NCBI GenBank assembly: GCA_963758295.1
Contig: CAVWUU010000004.1
Span: forward strand, 928,001-992,000
From: Candidatus Eremiobacteria bacterium
Lineage (GTDB): Bacteria; Vulcanimicrobiota; Vulcanimicrobiia; Vulcanimicrobiales; Vulcanimicrobiaceae
Reading direction: 5' to 3'
Length of the DNA stretch: 64,000 bases
A model generated the notes under the pieces. The model was not told where the DNA came from. It searched no databases and saw only the letters and a list, made by a program, of their open reading frames with translations. The translations under genes were made by a program, and so were the position numbers. Every line of letters begins with the position of its first letter. The stretch's first letter is position 1. Shown piece by piece: positions 23,283 to 34,497 of this stretch.

Positions 23283-25958
23283 CTATTCGGGCGCCACGAC
23301 CACACGACTCAAGTGCGCGGGATCGATCCAGCGCCGCATCGCGTCGCGCAAATTTTGCGGCGTAGTCGAAAGCAGGCGCGTGTAGTACTGATACGTGTCG
23401 TTGGCGTCGATGCCGCTCTCGGCCGAACTCAGCAAGTCGTCTGCGACGCCGTTATAGGTATCGAGTTCCACGATGTCGCGCGCGATCAGCAGCGCTTTGG
23501 CTTGCTGAAGCGTCTGCACCGGCAGCACGTCGTGCCGCATGCGTTCGATCTCGGCAAGCGCCGCCGTCTGCGCGTGCTGCACGTTCTTCGGGTCGGATGC
23601 GAAGTCGATCGAGAACGTTGCGCCGCTGCGGCTCACGTCAAAACTTGAATCAATCGAATAAACGTAGCCCTTTGCTTCACGCACGTTGCGGAAAAGTAAC
23701 GAACCCGTTCCCTCGCCCGAAAGAATCGTATTCGCAAGCTCCAGCGCGACCACGTCGGGATCGCCGCGGTGAAGCGCGAGCGCCTGCGTGAGCGTAACGC
23801 TCGACTGCTTCGCGCTTGCGGATTTCACGGTAACGCTAGTCGCGCTCTTTCGATGTTCCAGGTTCGGGAATTTGAACGTTGGACGGGGTCCGGTGGCCTT
23901 CCAGCTGCCGAAGTACTGTTGCACGATGGCTCGCGCATGATTCGGATCCACGTCGCCGACGATCGAAATCGTCGTGAGGTCCGGGCGGTACGCGAAAGCA
24001 TACCACCGCTTCACATCATCGAGTGTAATAGAGGAAAGAGTCTTTTCCGTCGCCCGGCGGCGGCGGGGATCGCCCTTGGCGTAAATGGCATTCAAACGTG
24101 CAATCAGCGCCTGCGTTTCCGGACGGCCGTCCATGGCCACTGTAGTTTGCAACGCGTTCTTCTGCACGAGCGCGAAGTAATTTGCAGCGAATGACGGATG
24201 CAACTCGCCGTCGGCAAGCAGCGCAACCGCCCGGTCGAAATCTTGCGCACGCGCTTTCATGGCGAAATCCGTGCCGAGCGAGACGCTCGCCGCAATCGCA
24301 TCGAGTTGCGCTTGAAAATCCTTGTAGTCGTACGTCGTCGTTCCGAAATCGAGAAGGCTGGACGCGAGCGAAGCAACACCGTCCTTTCCTTTGGGTTCGT
24401 AGAGCTGCGGGCTCGTGTGAACATGCGCGCTGAGTACGATGGTCGGCAAGAGCTTCAGGCGCACCGTGAGCACCAAACCGTTGGAAGTTTCACGGTCTTA
24501 GTTTGTCGTCGACACGCGGCGCGTGGAGCGGCGCAGAAAAATACGGCGCCGTCCATTCGGGCAGCTTGGTGCTGCTCGTTGCGGTTACTTGGACGTGCTC
24601 TTTAGATGCATTGGGGTCGACGTGCGCGACCGTTGCGCCGGTGGTCGCAGAAAGATCCATCGTCACTTGCTGGCCACCCTCGACGTACTGTTTGAGCACG
24701 CGATTCACGTCCGCCACGGTGACGTTTGCATAGGCGTCGTACGACGCATCGGGCGACGGCATGCCTTCGGCCAATGCCAGCGACCAGTCAAACGCCTGGC
24801 CCGGAATGGATGCCGCAGCGTAAGCTTTAGATGCGAGCAAACGCGTACGCGCTGCCTCAACGAATTCCGGCGGCACCCCGCTTTTGGCATACTCGTCGAT
24901 CACGGCGCGAAGATCGGCGATCGCGGTCTTCGTGTCGCCACCCGGCCGCGCAATACCGAGCAGCATGCCGAACCCAACTTCGGGATACGCGCTCGAAACT
25001 GCGAACGCACCGAGGACTTTGCCTTGCAGCGTAAGACCCGTTAAGTCGCTGCGCCCGTTGTTCAGCGACGCAAACAACACTTCGGAGGCGGCATAATCTT
25101 TGTCGGTTGCGCCGGGAAGTCGAAAACCGAGCGCCACGATCGGCACCGGGAAGTCAATCTTCTGCGCGATGGTCGTCGATTTGACCGGGGTAACGACAAT
25201 CGGTTTGTGCGAAGGAACCGTCGCCGAAGGGACGGCTGTAAATGCGGTTTGCACCTGCGAGAGCGCCGCTTGGGGATCCACGTCGCCGGAAATCACCAGC
25301 GTCGCGTTGCCCGGGTGATACCACGTATGGTAGAACGCCGAGATGTCGGCCGCGGTCATCTTGTCGAAGCCGGCAATCGTCCCCACCGCGTCGCTTGCGT
25401 ACGGCGTATCGCCGAAGAAAAACGCCTGCAACCGCTGCGAAACGCCGTATAGCGGGCTGCTCTCGTGCGCGCGCACTTCCTGTTCGATCGCGCCACGTTC
25501 GGTTTTCCAGTCAGAAGCGCGAATCGCGGCGTTGGCCATACGGTCGGCTTCGAGCCGAAAGCCACCGGCAGATATGCCGACGGCATGGTGAAGTAGTATC
25601 GCGTGTATTGGTTCGTCGTTTCGGCATTGTATTCGGCGCCCGTTCGCGTAGCGATGTCGGCGAACTGATTGGCCGTCACATCGGTCGTACCACGGAACAT
25701 CATGTGTTCGGTCGCGTGAGCAATTCCGGGAATCGAGTCGTCGTCGGAGCCGACGTTATACGTCAACGAAGTCGTGACAACCGGAGCAAGTTTGTTGGGC
25801 ACGACGACGACGCGAAGGCCGTTGGGAAGCGTCGCTTGCCTTACGGAGTCGGAAACCGCGGCCGGCGAAGGCGCCGGCGATGCGGTTTGGGCAGCCGCCG
25901 GAGAACACAAAAAGACGCCGATTGTAAGAACGGCGGTCGCGGAACGGAAAAATGGCAA
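23283..25958 (-). CDS. Secreted M16 (pitrilysin-like) zinc peptidase; frameshifts near 25560 and 24490
   Basis: TLPNGLRVVVV, GIAHATEHMMFRGT (HxxEH), second M16 half; TTG start after AGGAGG. Confidence 0.85.
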
Positions 25959-25974
25959 GGGACCCTCCTGAATT

Positions 25975-26787
25975 TTACCCGGAAGCAACGCGTTCGAGGA
26001 ACGGACGGATATCTTCCTCGTGTACCTCCATACCGACGCCCCGGGCGTGGTAGCGAATATCGTGAAAATCCGACCCGGCCGTCATGACCAGCTTGTAGCG
26101 CTCCGCCAGTTCACGGAATTCCCGGACGTCGCCGGTGTCGTGAAGCGGATAAAAGACCTCCAGCCCCGCGAGACCTTCTCGTGCGAGTTCGTGGATGAGC
26201 GAGCGGTCTTTTAGGCGGCCGGGGTGTGCAAGCACCGCGACGCCGCCTGCAGCGCCGATGATTCGAATCGCTTCTTGGGGTGTGATGTGCGCCGACGGAA
26301 CGTAGCCCGGCTTCCCGCGGCGCAGCAAGTTGCGAAACGCTGAATCGACGTTTTCGACGAGCCCGGCGCGAATGAGCGCCTTGGCCACATGAGGGCGTCC
26401 GAGCGCCTTCGCCTTGGTGCCGCCTTCGCGCAGCACGTCGGCGACGCTGATCCCGTACCCGGCGCGGCGCAGCTGATCGACCATTTTCTCTACACGCGCC
26501 CGCCGCTCGGAACAATTGTTCTCGACCATCGCGACCAGTTCGTCGTTCGCAAGCGGCAAATTAAAGCCGAGAATATGGACTTCGTTCTCACGGTAAGTCG
26601 TGTTGATTTCTATCCCGGTCACGACGCGCGCTCCATTGCGCGCCTCGAAGTTTCCGTAGGCGGAAAGCGAGTCGTGATCGGTTATGGAAAAGGTTTCCAC
26701 ATTGCGCTCGCCCATGAAGTTGGCGAGCTCTTGAGGCGAAAGCGTTCCGTCACTCTCGTAGGTGTGACTGTGAAAGTCGACGATCAA
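25975..26787 (-). CDS. PHP domain phosphoesterase
   Basis: DFHSHTYESDG, ITDHD, GIEI, HILG, GRPH, LAHP, TAGSDFH. Confidence 0.92.
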   Translation of the reverse strand: MIVDFHSHTYESDGTLSPQELANFMGERNVETFSITDHDSLSAYGNFEARNGARVVTGIEINTTYRENEVHILGFNLPLANDELVAMVENNCSERRARVEKMVDQLRRAGYGISVADVLREGGTKAKALGRPHVAKALIRAGLVENVDSAFRNLLRRGKPGYVPSAHITPQEAIRIIGAAGGVAVLAHPGRLKDRSLIHELAREGLAGLEVFYPLHDTGDVREFRELAERYKLVMTAGSDFHDIRYHARGVGMEVHEEDIRPFLERVASG

Positions 26788-26797
26788 CGAGCGAGCT

Positions 26798-27103
26798 TCA
26801 ATTTGGCGATAGGTGGCGGCGCTCCACTGCAAGTGAAATGCCGGTACGCTCGTTGTCGCTTATTTCAACCGTAATGAATGAAGGGACGACGATCACGTCG
26901 ATCTCGCTCCCTTTAAGGTAGCTACGCGCGATCGCAACGGCCTTGATGGCCTGATTGATCGCGCCTGCACCGACCGCTTGAATTTCGGCATTATCCCGTT
27001 CGCGAATGACGGCAGCAAGTGCGCCGGCAACCGCATTAGGATTGCTGCGTGCCGAGACCTTAAGCGTACCCGGCGTGACCTGAATCATCTGGTCGCCGTT
27101 CAT
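26798..27103 (-). CDS. spoVS: Stage V sporulation protein S family
   Basis: LKVSARSNPNAVAGALA..EIQAVGAGAINQAIKAVAIARSY..ERTGI. Confidence 0.92.
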   Translation of the reverse strand: MNGDQMIQVTPGTLKVSARSNPNAVAGALAAVIRERDNAEIQAVGAGAINQAIKAVAIARSYLKGSEIDVIVVPSFITVEISDNERTGISLAVERRHLSPN

Positions 27104-27897
27104 GCAATGCCTCGCAGAAAGATTCGTTTTATGTCTGCGGCTTTGCCCGACACCCGGTCGATCGAGACGATCGCCGCGCAAAACTGCTTCGTACCGGTCT
27201 TTTGTACGTTGAAGCGCTCCGACATGCCGGTTAAGAAGCGATCTAATACAGCTCCAACCTCCATGCCGATGACGCCTTCGGTCGGGCCGGTCATGCCCAC
27301 GTCCGTGATGTAGGCAGTGCCGCCCGGCAGGACCTGTTCATCCGCCGTCTGCACGTGTGTATGCGTACCAAAGATAGCAGAGGCGCGGCCATCCAGGAAA
27401 CGAGCGAGCGCTACTTTCTCCGATGTTGCCTCGGCATGCACGTCCACAATGACGATGGGCGTTGCAACGCGCAAGTCCTCGATCAATTGATCGGCGCAGC
27501 GGAACGGATCGTCGACGGTCGGCATAAACGTGCGGCCCATGACGTTCAGCACGCCGACGGTTACGCCGTCCACGCTAAACGTGCCGCTGCCGCGTCCCGG
27601 AACGGTCGGCGGATAGTTCGCCGGACGAATCACCCGGTCGGTGTTATCTAGATACGTCTTGAAGTCGCGCTTGTCCCAGATATGGTTGCCGCTGGTAATG
27701 AAGTCGACGCCCGTTGCGAACATCTCCTCGGCGGTCTGCGCGGTAAGCCCAAATCCGCCGGCGGCATTTTCGCCGTTGGCAATGCAAGCATGGACGTTGT
27801 ATTGATCGCGGACAAGCGGCACACATCGTTTCAACGTGTCCCGCCCCGGCGAACCTACGACGTCCCCAATGAGCAGAAGATTTAGCGGGTCGTTCAG
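27100..27897 (-). CDS. ymdB: YmdB/TIGR00282 metallophosphoesterase
   Basis: LLIGDVVGSPGR (upstream of the called ORF), NGENAAGGFG, TSGNHIWD, DVHAEATSEK, GTHTHVQTAD, TDVGMTGP. Confidence 0.92.
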   Translation of the reverse strand: MNDPLNLLLIGDVVGSPGRDTLKRCVPLVRDQYNVHACIANGENAAGGFGLTAQTAEEMFATGVDFITSGNHIWDKRDFKTYLDNTDRVIRPANYPPTVPGRGSGTFSVDGVTVGVLNVMGRTFMPTVDDPFRCADQLIEDLRVATPIVIVDVHAEATSEKVALARFLDGRASAIFGTHTHVQTADEQVLPGGTAYITDVGMTGPTEGVIGMEVGAVLDRFLTGMSERFNVQKTGTKQFCAAIVSIDRVSGKAADIKRIFLRGIA

Positions 27898-28445
27898 CGG
27901 CGCGACGATGCCTTCGCTTTCCGTTGAGATTTCAAGAAGTAGACAAGCACTCGGGCTTCTTCGCGAAAGCCCACCAAACTCTTCGATTGCGCCGGATCGC
28001 GCAACGCCTCGATCGCGTAAAGCGCCGCCTCGTCCTGCGCGACCGGATCTGAATCCAAGTGATCCTCGGGAAGCGGGTTGCGTACGAGTGTATCGCCGTA
28101 CCGCTCTGCACAGAGCGTTACCAGCATCTCCAGTTCTTCTTTAGAGAACGTCTCCAGATCGCGCGTGACGTGAATGAATGTGGTCGTGCGATCGCTTTCG
28201 AACTCGACGCGAACCATCTGCGCTTCGTCTTTGGCCAGCAGCAGATACCCGCCGACGTGATCCTCGATGCCGTCGCGGAGCGCCGCCTGTGACTTCTTGT
28301 CGAGCCGGGACTTCACGGCAAACGTAAGCCGCACGGTGCGTTCGGCCGGCACCGACCGGATCGATGCGAGCTCAGGGAAGCGCACCAGCAACGCACATAC
28401 GAGGCTGACGGTGTCGGCATTTTCGACGGGTAGACGGCTATTCAT
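27894..28445 (-). CDS. Hypothetical protein
   Basis: 183-aa ORF coupled to ymdB; no family recognised with certainty. Confidence 0.7.
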   Translation of the reverse strand: MNSRLPVENADTVSLVCALLVRFPELASIRSVPAERTVRLTFAVKSRLDKKSQAALRDGIEDHVGGYLLLAKDEAQMVRVEFESDRTTTFIHVTRDLETFSKEELEMLVTLCAERYGDTLVRNPLPEDHLDSDPVAQDEAALYAIEALRDPAQSKSLVGFREEARVLVYFLKSQRKAKASSRR

Positions 28446-28586
28446 AATTTTTGGAGAGTTCTTACTTGAGGATATCCCGCAGAGTACGCCACCCGCCCAG
28501 GGCCGGGTGACTCATCTTTCGGGGGACGCCATGAATACGACGCGGGCTCAAGGCCACACCTGGCCCGTATACGAAAGCAAACCCGC

Positions 28587-29138
28587 ATGAAGGTACGGGA
28601 GTTGCCCGGAGCCTTTGCCCTCGGCCTGCTAGCTTCGGTCCTCGGCCACTCGGCCGCGTATGGAAACGGGCACACCATGGGCGGCCCCTACCACAGTCTT
28701 TTGATCGCGCTGGTCGATGCCGGCGTGGGCGCATTCGTGCTGGCCGCGATTGCCTTAGCATGGTCCTGCGCAGGGCGATGCCTCGACGGAAGCGTCTTAG
28801 CAGCACGCCTTGCAACCTGCCTGCCGGGCATCCCCTTGTTAGGTCTAGCCACGACCGGCTGGTACTGCTTGTTCGAAAGCATCGAAGGTGCGCATGCCGA
28901 CGACCCGCTGCTCTTAATCGCGCTCGCCCTCGGTCTTGCAGTAGTCGTCGTCCACGCCGCGGCAACCGCCGCCATCGCGGCCGTGGCAAAACTCGTCCTC
29001 GCCATCTTCAGGAACGCCTTCGTTCAGCGAACACGGGTCTGGCTATCGTGCTTCGAACTGCCGGTTTTCGTATCGCGAATCGCCACAAGCCGCAAGCTTT
29101 TCGTTCGCCCGCCTCCTTGCATGACGGTCTGCGCCTAA
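28587..29138 (+). CDS. Multi-TM His-bearing leader protein ending in RPPP (putative arrest peptide)
   Basis: About 4 hydrophobic segments; GHSAAYGNGHTMGGPYH; C-terminus LFVRPPPCMTVCA*; 48 nt upstream of TBDR. Confidence 0.7.
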   Translation: MKVRELPGAFALGLLASVLGHSAAYGNGHTMGGPYHSLLIALVDAGVGAFVLAAIALAWSCAGRCLDGSVLAARLATCLPGIPLLGLATTGWYCLFESIEGAHADDPLLLIALALGLAVVVVHAAATAAIAAVAKLVLAIFRNAFVQRTRVWLSCFELPVFVSRIATSRKLFVRPPPCMTVCA

Positions 29139-29186
29139 GGCGCTCCCCAGCTATCGTCACTAAAACTACATTTAATCGAGGAGAAC

Positions 29187-31576
29187 ATGCAACGATTGCT
29201 CGCGGCGTTCGTCGCCGTCTTGTTCTTTTGGTGCGCGCTGCCTGCGTCTGCTGCAACCAGCGGCGTCGTGCGAGGCACCGTGGTCTTCAAGAACAAACCC
29301 CAGGCCGGCGCAGCCGTTTCGCTTACCGGCGAAGGCTCGCGCTTCTCTACCACTACAAACGCGAACGGTGAGTTCGTCTTTCCGGAAGTGCCGTTCGGTC
29401 ACTATCACGTAACGATTCACTCGAGCGGTGCGGCCGATCGCACGATCGACATCGACGTCAGCAGCGACTCGGTCGCGCGCGTCGACGTGTCGCTCGACCA
29501 GCTCAAAGAAATCGCCAACACCAATGTCACCGCGCATGCCGGAGTGGGCGGAACGCCGGTATCCGTGACCGCCGTTTCGCGCGCGCAAATCGCCACGTCG
29601 CCGAACCGGGACAGCCTCGACCGGTTGATTCAAACGGTTCCCGGGATCGTGCGTTTTTCGTACAACGAGCCGGTAGCGCACGGCTTTCACGGCTTGACCT
29701 ATGAAATCGACGGGGCGCCGCTTCCGCAAGCGACGTCTTCCAACTTTGCTGAGTTGATCGATCCGAAGTCGATCGATTCACTCGAAATTTTCACGGGCGC
29801 CATGCCGGCGGAATACGGCGGCAGCCGCGCCGGCGCCATCGTCAACGTCGTGACCAGCCGCCTTTCCGACGTGCCACCGGGCGCATACGGGACGGTGAGC
29901 CTTGGCGGCGGCAACTACGCTTCCGCCGTCGGCAGCATGAACGAACTCGCGCGTTTCGGGAACACCGAAGTCTCCCTCAATCTGAACACGCAGCGCACCG
30001 CTCGCGGCATCGATGCGCCGACGTATCAACCGATTCACGACGACTCGTCGCAAAGCGATGGCTTTTTGCGAGTCATCACGCAGCTCAATCGCGCAATCGA
30101 CGCTGGCGTTCGATCTGTCAAATCAGTTCGCGCAGTTTCAGATCCCCATCAACACGGATTCCAATAATCCGAACGACCCAATCTTTCAGGTTCCGGGCAC
30201 GGACGACGTGCAGCGGGAGTACGACCGCTTCTTCAACCTGAATTACACGCGGAGTTCGAAGGACGGCAACAGCGTTTTCCAGCTGATTCCCTGGGTCCGG
30301 TACACCCGCGTTGCGTATGAAGGCGATCTGCCAAACGACGTACTTGCTCTTGCGCCCAATGGCTCTACCGATCCGAACGCTCCGGCGTTTGCCCAGCAGG
30401 TTGGCCTTGCGCAAGATAGGCGCGCGACGTACACCGGGTTGCGCATGTCCCAGCTGCACACCTCAGAACACCACAACGTGAAGGTGGGGCTCGACGCAAG
30501 CCGCGAGAACTTCGACGCGACGCAACTCTTCGGTTGCTACTCTGCAGATTGTAATCTGGCGCCGTCTACTCCGCCGCCCGCTCCGCCGTCGCCGCCTGGA
30601 TACTTCGGCTTTTCGACTGCGCAGCAACGTGCCGGATCGCAAATCGGACTTGTACGCGCAAGATCAATGGGAGCCGTCGCGCAGCCTCGCAGTTAACTAC
30701 GGCCTCCGGTACGATCATTCCACGGGATACACCGGCGGGTGGCAACTCAGCCCGCGCATCGGCTTCAATCTCTCCGATGGCGACCGCAACATCTCCACGC
30801 GTACTACGGCCGCTTCTACGCTGCACCGCAGTTGGAAGACGTGCGGCAAGATTGCGTTCTTTTTAGCGGATGCACGGGATCGCCGGCGTACGACTTAAAG
30901 CCCGAAGCGCGACTCTTACCTGGAAATGGGCGTCGCGCACACCTTCAACGCACACATGAAGGGTTACGTGAACGTTTTCAAGCGCACGGCCGTGAACGTA
31001 TTGGATACGACGCAGTTCTTGAACACACCGCTCTTCGCGGTATTCAACAACGCAATCGGTGAAGACACCGGCGTGGAATTCCGGTTAGAGGACTCTTCGC
31101 ACTCCGGCGACTCGTGGTTCCTCAGCGGCACCGTATCGGGATCGTATGCGGGCGGCATCTCCGGTTCGACGTTTCTGTTTCCGCCGGACGTGAACGGCGG
31201 ATTGCCGCTCACGTCGCCCGCGCAGCTTGCCCCCGAAGACCACGATCAAACGGTCGCGCGATCGAGAGGATACACGCACCGCTTCGGCGCCGGTCACGCA
31301 TGGTATGGGAGCCTGCAGGCAAACTACGGCACCGGCTATCCGGTCGAGTTTGAAAGCACGAACCAAGATCTAAGTGGGCGTTTGCCCTCGCACACGACCT
31401 TTGACCTCGGCTTCGGAAGGACGCTGCCGATCGACGCACGGCGCGGGCTCGGCGTGAGTCTCGACGTCGAAAACCTGTTGAACCATCAGTACGTCATCAA
31501 GATTGCCAACGGCTTCAACACGACGCAAATCGGGAGCGGCCGGCGGATTTTATTTCGCATAACCGCTCCCTTTTAG
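29187..31576 (+). CDS. TonB-dependent receptor with N-terminal carboxypeptidase-regulatory-like domain; frameshifted
   Basis: Signal peptide, TTTNANGEFVF..VPFGHY, plug IDPKSIDSLEIFTGAMPAEYGG, NYGLRYD, LSPRIG, VENLLN, terminal Phe. Confidence 0.85.
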
Positions 31577-31579
31577 AGG

Positions 31580-33877
31580 CTACTTCAGGTTGACCTGAAT
31601 CATGACGCTGCGGGGACGCGCATAGTGCGTTCCCTGCAGCGAGTTGTCCAGCGTCAACGCATAGCGGTCGTCGAACAAGTTCGCGATCGCGAGCGACATC
31701 GTGGCATGCGGCGAAAGCTGCACGCCTTTTTCCGCGTTGAAGATCAAATGCGGCGGAACTTTGCAGTTAATAACGTTCCCGTTGCAGTTTGCGGGGTCGG
31801 TCGAAAGACCGCTGCCGTACTCGCCGTTGAACGAGAACCAGCCGCCGTGCGTGTCGTTTAACAGCACGCCGCCATTGGCGTCCCAACGTTGATCGTGATC
31901 CGACTGCACGAACATGCCGCCCGGCAGAGCGCCGGCCGCGCAGTTCTGCAACAGCTGTGTTTCGCAGTTTTCGCTGTTTTGCGCCATGCTGTGCGTTAGC
32001 GAGAAGTACGCACGCCCGTCGCGTACAAGCGGATGCTGCAAATACGCGGTCATGATGTCGACACGTCCCTGCGGGAAGTTGATGTCCTGATGCAGGTTGG
32101 TAGCGCCGACCTGCGTGTCGTCGAGATAATCGGTCGAAACCTTATGGGAAATACGGATGCCCAGATCCGACGACCCGACGGCCGTGTGGCCGCCGATTTC
32201 GTATAGCGAATCACGCTGCGGCTTCAGGTCGAACACGGCCCCCGGACTGCTGCCGCTCACGTAGAGCGATGCGGCTGTTGCCGGCGAGACGTTCTCAAAG
32301 GAGAACGGAACGAAAAGCCGCCCGTAGTAGGCGTAGACGCTGGCTTTCTTTCCGAGGGTGCGCGTCAACTTGATACGCGGGCTAAACTGCGAGAAGCCGC
32401 TCTTAAAATCGGTCGAGCCCACCTGGAATGCGTCCATGCGCAGGCCGTAGTCGAGAAGATAATTGCCCATCGTCCAAGAGTCTTGCAGATACAGCTCCTG
32501 CTGGTGCGCGACGTTGGGCGACGTGTCGGTCGCGGTGAACGTGCCGCCGCTCGGATTAAGCGCGTTATCCGGTTGAAGCGTGATGACGTAGTCTTTGTCG
32601 ACGACGGACGCGTCCATAGATCGCTCCGGCACGCACTTCGTGTTTCGATGAACGCAACGCGTAGTCTGTCGTCCAGCGATAGTCATGCGACGTACGGTTG
32701 GCGAAAACCGAATAGTAGTTGCAGTCACTGAAGTCCGTGCAGACTCGTGCCCGCCGCGGGAGCAAGGTCGTTTCCGGGATCGTTGGTGTCGAGCAATTCG
32801 AGCGGCGAAACGACGGACCAAAGGACAGCGCCCCGTGATCGCCGATCGAGTGACGGTACTGCAGCGAAACGAACGTATCGTTCTGATATTCGTTGTCGTC
32901 GGTTGCGAGCGGCGCGGAGTGCGAAGTATCGATCGGAATCTGATAGGTCTGCAGCGTGTGCATGACGTCGAGATTGACTAGATCCGCACCGTGCATCGGC
33001 AAGCTGTAGCGCAAGAATTGGCTTGCGTCGCTGGCGTCGTCGTGCATCGCATCGATCACGGGCGGATCGATACCGCGGGCGTTGCGCCCGAACGACGTTG
33101 AAAGGCTTAAGGCACCGCGTCCGGACGGCGCATGATAGCTGAAGGTTCCGTCCGACGTATCGAAGGAGCCGCCTTCGGCGGAGAATTGATAGCCGGCCGC
33201 ACCGCTGTACGCGCGGGTTCCGATATTCAGGACGGCGGCAAATTTGTCGCCGTACTGCGCGGGATACGCGCCTTCGAGCGCGTCAAGGTAGCCGATATTC
33301 GCCGGATCGATTTCATTGCCGATCCACGGTTCAAGCTCGCCGGCATCTGCACGCCGTCGATGTAGTAATTGAGACCGTTGTGATCGCCGTTGATGTGCAC
33401 TTGGCCGTTCGAGCCGGCTGCTGCCGACGGCAGCTGCGCGAGAATTGAGGGCATGTACTGTCCCGTCGGCAGATGCGCAAGCTGTCCGGAATCGATCGCG
33501 ACGTCGGTCCCCGAGCGCTTGGAAACGGGGTTCGTAACGGTGACGGTGTGGCCGATGGTCTTCAGCGGCGTCAATGCAAGCGTAACGGTCTCGCCGGACG
33601 ACGTAAGCGAGACGGGCTCGCTGATCTTCTCATCGCCCTTCACGACCGTAAGCTGGTATCGTCCGGCGTCCAGAGTCGGGAACGCGAAGTGCCCCGCGTT
33701 GTCCGTTTTGGTGGACAGCGTGAGGTTTTCGCCCGCGGCTTGCACGACCGCGCCCGAAACGGGGTGGCCCGTGTCGTCGAAGACGATGCCGTTCAAAAAG
33801 ATCGGCGTTTGCGCCGGTGCGCTGAGCGGCGCAAGCGCTAAAAAGGCCCCAAGAAACAGGGCAGAAATCCGTGACAT
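31580..33877 (-). CDS. TonB-dependent receptor with N-terminal carboxypeptidase-regulatory-like domain; frameshifted
   Basis: TKTDNAGHFAF..LDAGRY, GAYPAQYGD, LYLQDSW..DYGLRMD, FSPRI, IANLFDDRY, RPRSVMIQVNLK. Confidence 0.85.
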
Positions 33878-33900
33878 GATTCTCCTAGCAAAGGTAGACG

Positions 33901-33921
33901 AAAAGACGCCTGTGACGGCGC
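33901..33921 (-). terminator. Attenuator-like hairpin between leader ORF and TBDR
   Basis: Minus strand GCGCC-gtcaca-GGCGT-CTTTT, 14 nt after the leader stop. Confidence 0.45.
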
Positions 33922-33935
33922 GGCCGGTTGACTAC

Positions 33936-34494
33936 CTAGCGGAGAGGTGGAGGGCGGTTGCCCCGGACCGGAACGTACGCGAAGTACGGCCCGGCAAGGC
34001 ACGCGGGGCGCGGAAGCGCAACGCGGCGTGCCGTGAACACGCGAGATTCGAAGCGGGCGAGAGTGGTGTGGTGCAGCCGCTCGCGTACGAACGCAAGCAA
34101 TGCCGAGGTGATAAGACTCGCAATCGCCACCGCGACGAGTGCCACCAGCGCGTTCGCTGCGTCGAGAGAACCTTCTCCGAAAAGCGTCACGCCCGCAAAT
34201 CCGAACTGGACGGCTGCGCTTACCCCGAAGAAGCGAAGGCCTTGGCCTTCGAAGGGCAGATCGTTGGCTAGCAACCCGCCGAGCCGCCGGAGCTCACAGC
34301 GGCCGGTCGCGAGGATGATGCCGCTAACGGCGAGGCAAAGCACCGCAATAACGCCCAAGTAGGCATGCAGCGGCGAAGCGGCTACGGAGAGCATGCTTTG
34401 GTGCAGCGCCAGCGCCTCGGCCGCGATGTGCGACACGATAGCGAGCGGTAAGGTGCAGGCCGGCATACAGCCCGGCAGCTCTAACCCTGGTCAC
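33936..34494 (-). CDS. Multi-TM His-bearing leader protein ending in RPPP (putative arrest peptide); true start probably GTG 34494 with a 1-nt frameshift
   Basis: SHIAAEALALHQ..PLHAYL; about 4 TM segments; C-terminus VRGNRPPPLR*; 58 nt upstream of TBDR. Confidence 0.7.
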
Positions 34495-34497
34495 GAT

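Noticed and set aside
26798..27103. spoVS as evidence of sporulation
   Set aside because: SpoVS is widespread in non-sporulating bacteria and no other spo genes are present
28446..28586. 6S RNA or c-di-GMP riboswitch
   Set aside because: Too short and no central-bubble rod for 6S; GGGACGC is present but the GCAAA/GAAA-tetraloop layout is missing
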